Shown: positions 35,142-45,413 of the stretch, one piece after another
How the letters are laid out: the number at the start of each line of letters is the position of its first letter
Numbering within the stretch: position 1 is the stretch's first letter
DNA from: Patescibacteria group bacterium
GTDB lineage: Bacteria; Patescibacteriota; Patescibacteriia; UBA10025; JAHIVO01
NCBI GenBank assembly: GCA_049325535.1
Contig: JBMOKY010000001.1
Span: 813,942-877,941, forward strand
Length of the DNA: 64,000 bases
Direction of reading: 5' to 3'
Made by a program: the position numbers and the translations under genes
Notes under the pieces: model-generated
Database searches by the model: none
What the model was told of the DNA's origin: nothing
What the model saw: only the letters and a program-made list of their open reading frames with translations

Positions 35142-36656
35142 ATGCGCACGCTCACCGACACCCGGCCGTGGAATATCCCGGCCGAATTCCCGCTCACCCA
35201 GGGCAAAGTCCGCGACGTCTATGACCTCGGGGACGAACTCCTCATCATCGCCACCGATAGGCTCTCGGCCTTCGATGTGGTGCTACAGGAATCGCCAATC
35301 CCAGGTCGTGGAATTGTTCTCACCCAGATGACAATCCACTGGCTCAATGTCCTGAAGGACGCAAGTGCAAGCGTCAATTCACCGATCCCGGTCGTTCATC
35401 ACCTGGTTTCAACCGATGTCGCCGACTTGCCGGATGCCTTCCAGCCGTTTGCTGCGGATCTCGAGGGCCGCTTTATGCTCGTCAATACGTGTGAAGCGCT
35501 CTGGATTGAAATGATCGTCCGGGGATTTATCTCTGGATCGCTCTGGAAAGAATACGCATCCGCAAGCGCCACTGGACCGGTAGTACTCCTCTCCGGCCAT
35601 GAGTTACCCGTTGGCCTGGTGGAGTCCCAGGAATTCCCGCAGGCCATCTTCACGCCATCCACCAAGGCGCCGCAAGGCGAACACGATATTAATATCTCAT
35701 ACGATGAGATGGTCGAGTCGCTCCGATCCGGCCTGGCTGAGCGTGATATCGATCTCGATGCAGAGACACTGGCCGCGGCTTGCCGTGACCTGTCGCTGAC
35801 CCTCTACACCGCCGGCCGGGACTACGCCCGCGAGCGCGGCATCATCATCGCCGACACGAAATTCGAATTCGGTCTGCGACTGATTGACGGCATCTGGCAC
35901 TTGGTCATCATCGACGAAGTGCTAACGCCTGACTCATCCCGCTTTTGGCCCGCCGACGAATACGAGGCAGGTCGCAGCCAGAATAGTTTCGACAAACAGA
36001 TTGTCAGAGACTATCTGGCCAAGAATCTGAAGTGGAATAAGCAGCCGCCAGTACCGGTATTACCGGCCGAAATCATCGAAAAAACGGCCAGCCGCTACCA
36101 CGATTGCGCGGAGAAACTGGGTATCGAGCTGTCGGCACTACGGCTGAATGTCACCGTCCTCTTCGGCAGTAAAAATGATCTGGACGAGGACATGCGGAAA
36201 GCCATCCGAGATGCTCGAGAGGCCTGGTGTTTTGATGGGCCGTTCCATACCATCGACGTGCATGTGATGAGCGTACACCGGAATACACCCATATGCATAG
36301 CCCTAGCTGCAAACGAGCTCGAGGGAGTCAGTCTGGATGATATCGATATCATCATCGCCGCGGCTGGTTGGGCCAACCAGTTGGCGGGTATGATGGCAGC
36401 CTTCCTCCACCATAACGGCCGGAAGATTCCGGTCATTGGCCTGGCTATCGGCACCCCCGGGACCAAGGAATTCGACGCGGCACGACTGTCGATCGAGTGT
36501 CTGCCTGGCAAACCGGTCATCCTCGATCCGAGTGGTAATGCCTATGCCAACGCTACTGGTATGAGGGATATTTTCCTCCGGCTGGCGACAGAACCGTTGC
36601 CGCAGGCAAAACCGTATGTCGAAAAACCGGTCGAACTCTACGTCGAGATCGATTGA
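35142..36656 (+). CDS. purC: Fused SAICAR synthetase (PurC) plus PurE-like AIR carboxylase/mutase domain
   Basis: N-terminal GKVRDVYDLGDELLIIATDRLSAFDVVL is the PurC signature. The C-terminal roughly 170 aa carry PurE-like blocks (FGSKNDLDEDM; VMSVHRNTP vs SAHRTP; AAAGWANQLAGMMAA vs AGGAAHLPGMVAA; PVIGLAIG vs PVIGVP). A strong SD AAGGAGGTG lies 6 nt before the ATG at 35142; the ORF track begins at 35070. Confidence 0.75.
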   Translation: MRTLTDTRPWNIPAEFPLTQGKVRDVYDLGDELLIIATDRLSAFDVVLQESPIPGRGIVLTQMTIHWLNVLKDASASVNSPIPVVHHLVSTDVADLPDAFQPFAADLEGRFMLVNTCEALWIEMIVRGFISGSLWKEYASASATGPVVLLSGHELPVGLVESQEFPQAIFTPSTKAPQGEHDINISYDEMVESLRSGLAERDIDLDAETLAAACRDLSLTLYTAGRDYARERGIIIADTKFEFGLRLIDGIWHLVIIDEVLTPDSSRFWPADEYEAGRSQNSFDKQIVRDYLAKNLKWNKQPPVPVLPAEIIEKTASRYHDCAEKLGIELSALRLNVTVLFGSKNDLDEDMRKAIRDAREAWCFDGPFHTIDVHVMSVHRNTPICIALAANELEGVSLDDIDIIIAAAGWANQLAGMMAAFLHHNGRKIPVIGLAIGTPGTKEFDAARLSIECLPGKPVILDPSGNAYANATGMRDIFLRLATEPLPQAKPYVEKPVELYVEID

Positions 36657-36880
36657 TCGAACCTTTTCACCCTGAAACCAAAACCGGCTCTCATTATCTG
36701 AGAGAGCCGGTCTTTTTTTATGAAAGGTATCAAGTGCCTCCCAGCGTGGCAGCGGCAATCGATGCAGCAATAAATAAGGTCACTACCATTCCCACGCCGA
36801 TCAGCACCTTGGTCACGACGGTCGTGGAGGTTTTTACTTCAGTTGTGGTTTCAACTTCTGGCTTAGGCATATGTGTTCAT

Positions 36881-39082
36881 TTATTGGATGACGCCATCAA
36901 TGACGGTGACGGTATTACTGCAGGCGACCTGGCTCTGCGAGTCCAGCACGCAAACGCTGTAATACTGCGTACCGCTCGATACGTTCACTGCCGAGGCACG
37001 TTCGCCACCCTTGGCGCCGGTATCAGTGTAGGACACTTCACTGGCACTGGAAATTGCCTTGATATACCCATTGTCGGGATACGCGGGAGTGCTGTCAGTC
37101 TGAGACCAGGCAATTTTATAGGCCGAGAAATCCCCTTCAGTTGATTTGGTCCAGGCTAGTTTGATACCGTCAGCAGTGACAGTCGCACTGAGGGTGACCG
37201 CACTCGGCGCAGCATTAGTGTGGATAGCCGTCACTTGAACTACGTTGCTGCAATAGATAGTGTCCCCCACAGCACAAATACGGTAATAATACGCCGTGCC
37301 TTTTTTCGCGCTGAAATCACGATGGCTCAGCTCACCCTCACCTTTGACGGCGATGTAGCCGTCATCCGGATACCGCAGATTTGCATTCTTTTCAGAGCGA
37401 ACCACTTTATAATACTTGAATCCGCTTATATCCGATGCAGCTGTCCACCACAGGCCCACACCGGTTGATTCTGCTTTTGCTGACATCACCACATTGACCG
37501 CGGAATCATCGGGAGTAATCGCCGTCACCGCAGTATCATTGCTATAGACGAGGCAGCCGCCCTCGCCATTGTACTGGCACACGCGGAAATGGTAGGTCTT
37601 ACCATCAGTCGCCTGCCAGACATAGGATCGGGTATCCGACAGCTCTATATAGACCGCCTCGTCGCCGTCCCGCGTCGGATAGGTGGGATTAGCGCTAGTA
37701 CTGCGGATGATCTTGAACCCTTTATTGACCGACATGCCCTCGACGGTCCAGATGAGTTTGATACCGCTCGTAGAAGCCGAACCAGACAGGAAAATGCCCA
37801 CTCGTTCCTCCTCAGGTTCCGGTTCTGGTTCTGCCGCGGCGCGACCGGACATATATATAATATTCGAACAGAACGATTGGCTATCAGTCATCACTTCGCA
37901 CACCCGATAGTAATAATTTGTCCCCGCTTCCGTGGTCGTATCCGCATGGCGCTCGGTTCCGAGAGCATACGCTGCTATGGCGTCAGTACCCGGATACGCC
38001 AGCTGGGCATTGGTCGTGGAACGAATTACTTTATATTCCTTAAAAGTCGCGCTGGTTGATTTGTTCCATTGCAGATCGACGCCTGATATGGTACTGCCGC
38101 CCGTCAGGGTCAGTGGAGTCGCTACCGCTTCCGTCTGGAAGACCACCCGCACTTCCTTGAGCGTCCGATGTGCCTCTGCGTCACTCGCAATCACGGTAAT
38201 GACGTTCTTCCCTGGCTCGAGCGTGAGGGTCTGGGAAAAGGCACCGTCAGTAATCGGCGTGTCAATCCCTTGTACGGTCACGGCCGTGGCATCCTCGCTC
38301 ACGGTACCGACCACCGCCAATTGCTGTTCTGTCGTCGTGGTACCATCAGCTGGCTGTGACACCGTCAGCGTCGGTCCGGCCAAAGGCTCAAAAATGCCCA
38401 GCGAATTATTATGTTTCGAATCCTCTTCTTTGTTCCAGACGTACCATTCGCTCTTCAGGGCATCGGGATTGATGTCAGACACCGCCACCTGCAGCGCCGC
38501 CTTATCGATGGTAGCCTGAGAACCCTGCGCTACCTCAGCCTGATCCGCGGAGGTATCGATAGCTACGCTGCTGTCAATCACCCCGACATCAACCGCCTCC
38601 TCTTTTTCGATCACGTCAAACGCCGTTCCGAGCGCGCTAATGGCAATATCCCCGCTGGTAACGATATACTGGCGACGGGGGTCCTTGGCTACCCGATTAT
38701 AGGTGGCGCCGCTCTGCTGGGCGATAATCACCTGGGTAGTTTCCAAATTGGTCAAAGTCACCTCAGTGGTATATCCCAGGCGTACGACGTCACCATTTTC
38801 AAATTCGACAATGGCTTTGCTTTCTGCTCCGGTCGAGAGCTGATCACCCGTATGCAGCACCGTATCGGTGTCCACTGATTTCCAATCGCTTCCGTCTACC
38901 CGAACCAGTACCGTCCCCTGCTGATAGGCCAGCGTAGCGGCCATCGGCTTGCTCGGTTGGCGGATATCAAATACTGTCGGATCGAGAAACCCGTTTTGCT
39001 CGGTGTACCAGTACACCCCGCCCAGGGCGACTCCAACAGCGAGTAATAAAATAATGGAAACCACGAAATAATTCTTTTGCAT
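36881..39082 (-). CDS. Secreted FecR-domain protein with four FN3-like repeats
   Basis: N-terminal signal anchor. FecR-like segment VLVRVDGSDWKSVDTDTVLHTGDQLS. Four repeats of about 95 aa each end in a YYYRVC / YHFRVC / YYYRIC / YYSVC motif (FN3-like W...Y...YxxRVC pattern). Confidence 0.55.
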   Translation of the reverse strand: MQKNYFVVSIILLLAVGVALGGVYWYTEQNGFLDPTVFDIRQPSKPMAATLAYQQGTVLVRVDGSDWKSVDTDTVLHTGDQLSTGAESKAIVEFENGDVVRLGYTTEVTLTNLETTQVIIAQQSGATYNRVAKDPRRQYIVTSGDIAISALGTAFDVIEKEEAVDVGVIDSSVAIDTSADQAEVAQGSQATIDKAALQVAVSDINPDALKSEWYVWNKEEDSKHNNSLGIFEPLAGPTLTVSQPADGTTTTEQQLAVVGTVSEDATAVTVQGIDTPITDGAFSQTLTLEPGKNVITVIASDAEAHRTLKEVRVVFQTEAVATPLTLTGGSTISGVDLQWNKSTSATFKEYKVIRSTTNAQLAYPGTDAIAAYALGTERHADTTTEAGTNYYYRVCEVMTDSQSFCSNIIYMSGRAAAEPEPEPEEERVGIFLSGSASTSGIKLIWTVEGMSVNKGFKIIRSTSANPTYPTRDGDEAVYIELSDTRSYVWQATDGKTYHFRVCQYNGEGGCLVYSNDTAVTAITPDDSAVNVVMSAKAESTGVGLWWTAASDISGFKYYKVVRSEKNANLRYPDDGYIAVKGEGELSHRDFSAKKGTAYYYRICAVGDTIYCSNVVQVTAIHTNAAPSAVTLSATVTADGIKLAWTKSTEGDFSAYKIAWSQTDSTPAYPDNGYIKAISSASEVSYTDTGAKGGERASAVNVSSGTQYYSVCVLDSQSQVACSNTVTVIDGVIQ

Positions 39083-39111
39083 ACGAAATGAAAACTCAGT
39101 TATTAATTATG

Positions 39112-40000
39112 CTATGGTTTGATGATGCGAATGTGCGGCGCGCCGCCTGCCCGGGGTATAGTCAGCAGTTCATCGGTACCATCGCCGTCGACGTCTCCGC
39201 CACTTAATTGTACACCACCAAGGAAATTTTGTGCATACACATAAAATTCATTGCGCCACCGTTCGCGGATATCATACACCTTTACAAACGGAGTGGCATT
39301 GTCTCCCACACCGACCACGATCTCTTTGGTGCCGTCGCCGTCAGTATCAACACCCGCCACGGACACGCCGCCACGATAATCACGGTGAAAAGCAAAGAAA
39401 CCGGGAGATAATCGCTTCAGCTGATTGGGGCGAATCTGAAATATCTGCACGTGCGGAGCGCCCCACTGCGGGCCGGTGATGATTTCATCTTTGCCGTCGC
39501 CGTCAGCATCAGCCGTGGTCACATTGATACCGCCGCGGAAGCCGGGGTCGTAGGCCATGAAATTGGTGAGTATTTTTCCCGCAGCGCTATACACCATCAC
39601 CTGCGGCCCCCCACCACGCATGGCCGCGACCACTATTTCCGAGATGCCATCGCCATTGGTGTCGCCACAGGCGACATGTACCCCGCCGGTAAATTTCCCG
39701 TCGAGGACGAAGAAGCCATCATGAATCACATCACCGTAGCCATTAAATACTTTTACCAGAGGCCACCCGCCGCGTCCCTGAGCAGTCACGATTTCCTCCC
39801 GGCCGTTTCCATCGATATCACAAGCGGTGACGGTGACACCATTGCGGAGGCTGCGGTCGTAGGCGAAAAACTGTGATTTGAGGGCTCCCTGGTTATCAAA
39901 CACCCGCACTTGAGGCGCCATGCCGCTGGCCGTCCCGGCAATCACTTCGGCTTTCCGGTCTCCGAGCACGTTACCACTGGCGATATGGTAGCCACCGCGC
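39112..40000 (-). repeat. Roughly 0.9-kb duplicated segment (FG-GAP propeller module), copy 1
   Basis: Long stretches of DNA identity with 41802..42690 (offset 2690). For example ctgcacgtgcggagcgccccactgcgggccggtgatgatttcatctttgccgtcgccgtcagcatcagccgtggtcacattgataccgccgcggaagccggg occurs in both. Confidence 0.7.
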
Positions 40001-41799
40001 AGATTGCTAGAAAAACCAAAGAACGATTTACTGGCGGAAACAATGGCATTGGTTGTGCCGCCTGGACTGGTAGTGCGATTGATTCGAGCGCCAGATACCC
40101 CCGGGGCAGTATAGGGTGCCACTTGTGCCGTCGGCGTACCGCCCGCCTGGGTGGTCGCCAAATTAAATATGACCAGTTTTGAAGAATCAAGTGATATGCT
40201 GGACGAACCGCCCACGTATCCATCAGCGCTAATGACTATAGTATGAGGCGTATCAACCGTTTCCACCGGCGGTTTTCCGGCATAGTCGTGAGTACGGATG
40301 GCAAAGAGTGCCTGGCCGCTACTATTCGTCGTACCGAAAGCGACTTCATCGCCCTGCTGATTACGTATGCTGAGGTAGGCTCCAGCCAGCACGCCACCGG
40401 CCTGGCGATGTACCTGGACGCTGAGATACTGCTGGATTTCATACCCGATGGTCGCTCCGGCAGTGCGATATGAGACATCATTTATGGATACGCCGGAACC
40501 CAAAATGGAATCGAGAAAAGCGATGCCGGTCGATGGCAGTGTTCCGGTATTGAACCGGAGAAAATGATAATTCACCGGGGTGCCCGTACGTTCAAATGTA
40601 TTGGTGCGGAAAAGCACGTCACTGCCCGAATCCCAGTCGGCGTAGACATGGTAATTATTGGTGCGAAAAATATTATGGTGGATATCCAATCCATTCCCCG
40701 CCTCCACCCCCACGAAATGGACTGCCGCGGCTATTTGCGCGCTTTCGCTGGTGGTTGCCGTAAATGTATTGTTATGTATTTCATTGTTCGAACCGGCGTC
40801 GAGTGTCAAATCCAGCGCATAGGCGGCCCCATATCCGCCGCCAGCCACCGCGGTCACGATATTATCATGGATATCTGCGTTGGTCGCACCCTCAAGCTTG
40901 ATACCATGCGACCAGCCTCCCGCGTATTCGGCATTTGGCCCCTCTTTGACGGTGATAGTATTATTATACACCTCGACATTATCAGCGGTGACATGGACGC
41001 CGCGGCCGTTCTGCGGGGTCAGGGTATTATTGTAAATTTTCATGTTTGGCGCGTGGCCGGCAATGCTATACGGGTTTGCCACCCGGGCGTTTTGACTGAT
41101 GGTATTGCCATAGATCTCCACTCCGCTGCTGCCAGACGCACCCTCATACACCCGGATGCCCCACTGCGGGCCACCGGTGATGGTATTATTGTATATTTTC
41201 GTGTTACCGCTGTCATTGAGCGAGCCAACCACCTCCTTACCCTGATGACGATTGGAAACCACCGTCGAATTGTTTATCAGCGTATTATTATAAATCTGCA
41301 GATTATTTGCGTAGAGAAATAGGAAATTATCCGTATCATCTCCGTGGACGGTTGCCGTAATAGAGTGGACCGTCGAACCAGCGCCACTCCGGGCAAAAAT
41401 CGCATGGCAATCAGCGCCATTGCCACCGCCCTGGGTGATGCTGCCATTACGAATGGTGGCGTAGCGCGCCCCACCAAATGCCTCATCCGGCAATCCGGGA
41501 AACCAGGTTCGGGAGACGTCATTGGCATACGAGACGGGAATGGCAATCCCATACCGGCTGGTACCCGCCGCCGTCCCATAGGTAATCGTATATCCATTCA
41601 GATCTAATACGATATTATCCCCGGCGATGGCGATGCAGGTACCCTCGGACGAAATATCATTCTGAAGAATATACGTCTCGCCGTCTGTCGCCAATACACC
41701 ACAGGTAGTCACGTTTGTGGCGGCATACGCCGGCTGCGCCAGCAGGCATATTCCGCAGACTAAAAATCCACCGAGTATGAGTATAAACGGCATCCGCAT
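39112..41799 (-). CDS. Secreted right-handed beta-helix protein with C-terminal FG-GAP/VCBS beta-propeller
   Basis: Signal peptide. Parallel beta-helix repeats (IYNNTIT, VYNNTITV, IHDNIV, IHNNTF, IHHNIF). The C-terminal roughly 300 aa carry 6-7 FG-GAP-like Ca-binding repeats (DIDGNGREEIV, GDTNGDGISEIV, DADGDGKDEII, DTDGDGTKEIV, DVDGDGTDELL). Confidence 0.6.
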   Translation of the reverse strand: MRMPFILILGGFLVCGICLLAQPAYAATNVTTCGVLATDGETYILQNDISSEGTCIAIAGDNIVLDLNGYTITYGTAAGTSRYGIAIPVSYANDVSRTWFPGLPDEAFGGARYATIRNGSITQGGGNGADCHAIFARSGAGSTVHSITATVHGDDTDNFLFLYANNLQIYNNTLINNSTVVSNRHQGKEVVGSLNDSGNTKIYNNTITGGPQWGIRVYEGASGSSGVEIYGNTISQNARVANPYSIAGHAPNMKIYNNTLTPQNGRGVHVTADNVEVYNNTITVKEGPNAEYAGGWSHGIKLEGATNADIHDNIVTAVAGGGYGAAYALDLTLDAGSNNEIHNNTFTATTSESAQIAAAVHFVGVEAGNGLDIHHNIFRTNNYHVYADWDSGSDVLFRTNTFERTGTPVNYHFLRFNTGTLPSTGIAFLDSILGSGVSINDVSYRTAGATIGYEIQQYLSVQVHRQAGGVLAGAYLSIRNQQGDEVAFGTTNSSGQALFAIRTHDYAGKPPVETVDTPHTIVISADGYVGGSSSISLDSSKLVIFNLATTQAGGTPTAQVAPYTAPGVSGARINRTTSPGGTTNAIVSASKSFFGFSSNLRGGYHIASGNVLGDRKAEVIAGTASGMAPQVRVFDNQGALKSQFFAYDRSLRNGVTVTACDIDGNGREEIVTAQGRGGWPLVKVFNGYGDVIHDGFFVLDGKFTGGVHVACGDTNGDGISEIVVAAMRGGGPQVMVYSAAGKILTNFMAYDPGFRGGINVTTADADGDGKDEIITGPQWGAPHVQIFQIRPNQLKRLSPGFFAFHRDYRGGVSVAGVDTDGDGTKEIVVGVGDNATPFVKVYDIRERWRNEFYVYAQNFLGGVQLSGGDVDGDGTDELLTIPRAGGAPHIRIIKP

Positions 41800-41801
41800 A
41801 T

Positions 41802-42690
41802 TTATTGTTCCTCTACGTTAATAATTCGAATGTTCGCGCCGCCGCTTGCCCGGGGGGCAACTAATAGTTCGTCTGCACCATCACCATCGACATCACCGCC
41901 CCCGAGCTGCACGCCGCCCAAAAAATTAGTTTGATACACGAAAAACTCTTTCTGCCATTGTTCACGAATGTTAAATACCTTTACAAACGGAGTGGCATTG
42001 TCCCCCACACCGACCACGATCTCTTTGGTGCCGTCGCCAGTCGTATCCACACCCGCCACGGACACGCCGCCACGGTAATCGGTATTAAAAGCAAAGAAAC
42101 CAGGTGAAAGCCGATGGACGGCGCCTTTCCGGATCTGAAATATCTGCACGTGCGGAGCGCCCCACTGCGGGCCGGTGATGATTTCATCTTTGCCGTCGCC
42201 GTCAGCATCAGCCGTGGTCACATTGATACCGCCGCGGAAGCCGGGATCGTAGGCCATGAAATTGGTGAGTATTTTTCCATCTTTATTATAGACGAGCACG
42301 TGCGGCCCCCCACCACGCATGGCCGCGACCACTATTTCCGAGATGCCATCGCCATTGGTGTCGCCACAGGCGACATGTACCCCGCCGGTAAATTTCCCGT
42401 CGAGCACAGAAAAGCCACTATTGATGACCGCTCCTGATCCGCTGAATATTTTGACGATCGGCCACCCGCCGCGTCCTTGAGCAGTCACGATTTCCTCCCG
42501 GCCGTTTCCATCGATATCACAAGCGGTGACACTGGCGCCATTGCGCAAATTTTGGTCATAGGCAAAAAATTGGGACTGTACATTTCCCGAATCATCAAAA
42601 ACACGGACCTGTGGCGCCAACCCTGTGGCCGTGCCCATCAGTATCTCGGCGCTGGCATCCCCCAGTACGTCACCTGAAGCCACCTGGAAT
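41802..42690 (-). repeat. Roughly 0.9-kb duplicated segment (FG-GAP propeller module), copy 2
   Basis: See copy 1. The two copies show runs of more than 100 identical nucleotides. Confidence 0.7.
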
Positions 42691-43574
42691 CCACCGCGCA
42701 CAGATGCGTCATACCCGAGGAATGAAACTCCTGAAGCGATACGTTCGGGTGCGGTGGCTGCTACGAATACAAGCGCATTCGGGATGTTGCGTCCCGGGCC
42801 GCGTAAATACTGCCCGTCGAGCATGAGTGCCGAGGAACCGCCGCCGTCGAGATTCATGGCGTGCGTCATATGCATAGCCTGCATGGCTCGCGCCAGATCC
42901 ATCACCGTCGCGCTCGACGCCACCGCCAGATAGACATTGCCATTTTTAAACCCGATACCGGATCGGTTTGATTTGACGGTGCGCTGTTTCGAGTCCAGAT
43001 CACTGTCGCTAACAATGAGCTGCCCTTCATAGATGAGGCCAGGGCCATTGGAAATGACTGCCGCCAGCGAAGTGGAATGCGCGGCTTCAAATGCCTGCTT
43101 ACCCGGCCAATCTTTCGCATTGCGGAAAAAATGGAAATTATTGTCGGTGTCAAAAGCAATCACCGGCCCTCTATTGAACTGGTTTTGGTAGGAATTGACG
43201 AATGCATCAGATACCGAATCATACCACATCCAATAGTACGAACCATCTTCACTGGCACAACTGGCGTAATCCGACGGGCAAAAATAACTGCCATTGATAC
43301 CAGCAAACCCGCCTACTTCATCGACGTATGATTTCAGAGGCTGGACCGGACAATTATCTTTGCAGTCGTAATCCGCCGCGGACAATGATTTTACCTGCAG
43401 GCCAGCGCTGCCGAGATTGATGCGGATCAACTGGACGGATATGATCCCCTGGCCGGTATCGACCGCCAGGCTCTCATAGCCGCTGTCGACTGCCGCTCGA
43501 GCGCTCTGGCTAGCAAAAAAAATCACACTGGCTATGCTAAGGGTGAGGAGTAAACGATACATGACTCGCTTCAT
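41802..43574 (-). CDS. Secreted phosphodiester glycosidase (NAGPA)-like domain protein with C-terminal FG-GAP beta-propeller
   Basis: Signal peptide. GINGSYF and NLDGGGSSALM motifs resemble the NAGPA family. The C-terminal roughly 290 aa are near-identical to the C-terminus of the upstream paralog. Confidence 0.5.
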   Translation of the reverse strand: MKRVMYRLLLTLSIASVIFFASQSARAAVDSGYESLAVDTGQGIISVQLIRINLGSAGLQVKSLSAADYDCKDNCPVQPLKSYVDEVGGFAGINGSYFCPSDYASCASEDGSYYWMWYDSVSDAFVNSYQNQFNRGPVIAFDTDNNFHFFRNAKDWPGKQAFEAAHSTSLAAVISNGPGLIYEGQLIVSDSDLDSKQRTVKSNRSGIGFKNGNVYLAVASSATVMDLARAMQAMHMTHAMNLDGGGSSALMLDGQYLRGPGRNIPNALVFVAATAPERIASGVSFLGYDASVRGGFQVASGDVLGDASAEILMGTATGLAPQVRVFDDSGNVQSQFFAYDQNLRNGASVTACDIDGNGREEIVTAQGRGGWPIVKIFSGSGAVINSGFSVLDGKFTGGVHVACGDTNGDGISEIVVAAMRGGGPHVLVYNKDGKILTNFMAYDPGFRGGINVTTADADGDGKDEIITGPQWGAPHVQIFQIRKGAVHRLSPGFFAFNTDYRGGVSVAGVDTTGDGTKEIVVGVGDNATPFVKVFNIREQWQKEFFVYQTNFLGGVQLGGGDVDGDGADELLVAPRASGGANIRIINVEEQ

Positions 43575-43722
43575 CTGCGCCGGTTCTTAATGATATGTAT
43601 TTTTATTTTTAGTATGTATATACTACCACATTTTTTACTATAATTCAAGGGTTATAGTGGTATAAAAAAAACGGGCACGGTGTTGGTACACGCGTGCCCG
43701 TACAATGATCACAAAGGACGAA

Positions 43723-45411
43723 CTATGTCGCCGGACGGTCATCCGGAATGACGATATTCCCCCAATACTCACTCTGGTATACGACCAGACAGAGTTTGAC
43801 GGAACGTACTTCACTCGGAAGTTCTCCTCTGAAGGTCAGGCGGCAGTCGATCTGCTGCCCACCCTCGATACTCCACACGCCGACATCGAGATCCCGACGT
43901 TCGAAATTACGCCAATAGATATTGTAGAACTCCACTCCGCTGATGGGAACCACCGGAGCATAATGTCCATACACCACCTGCTGGGTATATTCGAAACGCG
44001 TGTCTCCGCTGATGACGAGCTTCTGGCCGTCACGAGATGACTGCGGATTCAGCCGGGGGCACTGGAATCTCAAATACACCATCGACTGGCCGCCTACGGA
44101 CACGATACTGTCGACGAAGATATCCAGCGGCACATTGTACGTGGACCGGGGGGTAAGCGCTACCGGAAACGGCTGGCGAATGCCCACCGGAATCCCCGAC
44201 TGGAAGACGCTGGCCATCTGCATCACGCTCTGAGCGGCACCATCAGCGACCATTCGAGACGCTGTCTGTTGCTGCTGCGCTGTGTCCGGCGGCGGCGGGA
44301 TGGTGGTGTCAGGCTGCTGCGGCTGGATAGCCGGTTGCGTTTGCGGCGTCTGAGGAGGTTCGGGCTCGCGGTATGCGAGTTTGAACCGTTCCTGCATCGT
44401 CGCCGGACCAGGGCCCTGCTTTGCCAGCCACAACTTCATAGCTACGGCATCTGCGTAATCCCGATCCCCATCACCGTCAAAATCACCGAGGACGATACTT
44501 CGCCCATTGATGATGATGTGACGGTCGACGTCGCCGATGCGGGCGATGATGTCCGCGTCGGTACTGTCCCGTTCGCCATCCATGTTCAGATCAATGATCC
44601 GTTCGGGGTCCGGAAGAGCCGAGAGGGTCCCGGTCGAGCGTGCGAGCTTGCCGCCCGCGTACGCGATCAGATTCCCGGTGCCCTTCCCCAAATCACCGAT
44701 ACCGTTGCCGAATTGCCACACGATGGCTCTGCCCCGTTCAGCGGCCGGCTTGGTCACATCGGAAAGCGACATCACCATGTAGAGGAGGACGAGAAAGGCG
44801 GCGATACCACTGGCTCCAGAAACGACGGTCGCGGCCAAACGAACTGCCCGGCGTGTTCCGCTGGAGAGAAGGAACCACGCGGCTTCGGACAGTACCAGCA
44901 CTACGAACCATTCCAGATGCCCCGGTAACCAGGGCTTGAAGAGAAGGTTCGCCAGCAGGAACATGCAATCCCAAAACAGGACATGCACGTAGAGCTTCCA
45001 CATCGTGCTTGGCGCACTCGTCGGCGAATCGCTCGACCACTTGTAGGCGAGCGCTGCCGCCAGCGCGATGGTAAAGGGATAGATCTGGAGGACGATCAGA
45101 CAGACGGCGAAGAAGAACAGCAGTCCTCCTGCCACATACTCAGGTACGCCCCCGCCAAACACGTACGTGGCGAGACCAAACACGCCGGTGAGCACCGCCC
45201 ACCAGATGATGCGCGTCTTGACCTCGCTGGAGACGGTTCGCCCCCAATCCCAACCAGTATGGGCTATTTCTTTGCCGATTTCGGCGCCCTGTCGGACAGC
45301 CTTGAAATCGAGCAGGAACAGCACCGCGGACGGGATGAGGGCATCCTTACCGGCTCCCAAGAGCGAGTCCCATACGCCCTTCAATTGCTTCTTGATTTCC
45401 GTTTTCGTCAT
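43723..45411 (-). CDS. Polytopic membrane protein with dockerin-like Ca-binding repeats and a C-terminal extracytoplasmic domain
   Basis: About 6 N-terminal TM helices. Two dockerin-type repeats (DLNMDGERDSTDADIIARI; GDFDGDGDRDYADAVAMKLWL). A P/Q-rich linker (QTPQTQPAIQPQQPDTTIPPPP). The C-terminal roughly 200 aa are Cys-containing. Confidence 0.5.
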   Translation of the reverse strand: MTKTEIKKQLKGVWDSLLGAGKDALIPSAVLFLLDFKAVRQGAEIGKEIAHTGWDWGRTVSSEVKTRIIWWAVLTGVFGLATYVFGGGVPEYVAGGLLFFFAVCLIVLQIYPFTIALAAALAYKWSSDSPTSAPSTMWKLYVHVLFWDCMFLLANLLFKPWLPGHLEWFVVLVLSEAAWFLLSSGTRRAVRLAATVVSGASGIAAFLVLLYMVMSLSDVTKPAAERGRAIVWQFGNGIGDLGKGTGNLIAYAGGKLARSTGTLSALPDPERIIDLNMDGERDSTDADIIARIGDVDRHIIINGRSIVLGDFDGDGDRDYADAVAMKLWLAKQGPGPATMQERFKLAYREPEPPQTPQTQPAIQPQQPDTTIPPPPDTAQQQQTASRMVADGAAQSVMQMASVFQSGIPVGIRQPFPVALTPRSTYNVPLDIFVDSIVSVGGQSMVYLRFQCPRLNPQSSRDGQKLVISGDTRFEYTQQVVYGHYAPVVPISGVEFYNIYWRNFERRDLDVGVWSIEGGQQIDCRLTFRGELPSEVRSVKLCLVVYQSEYWGNIVIPDDRPAT

Positions 45412-45413
45412 GA

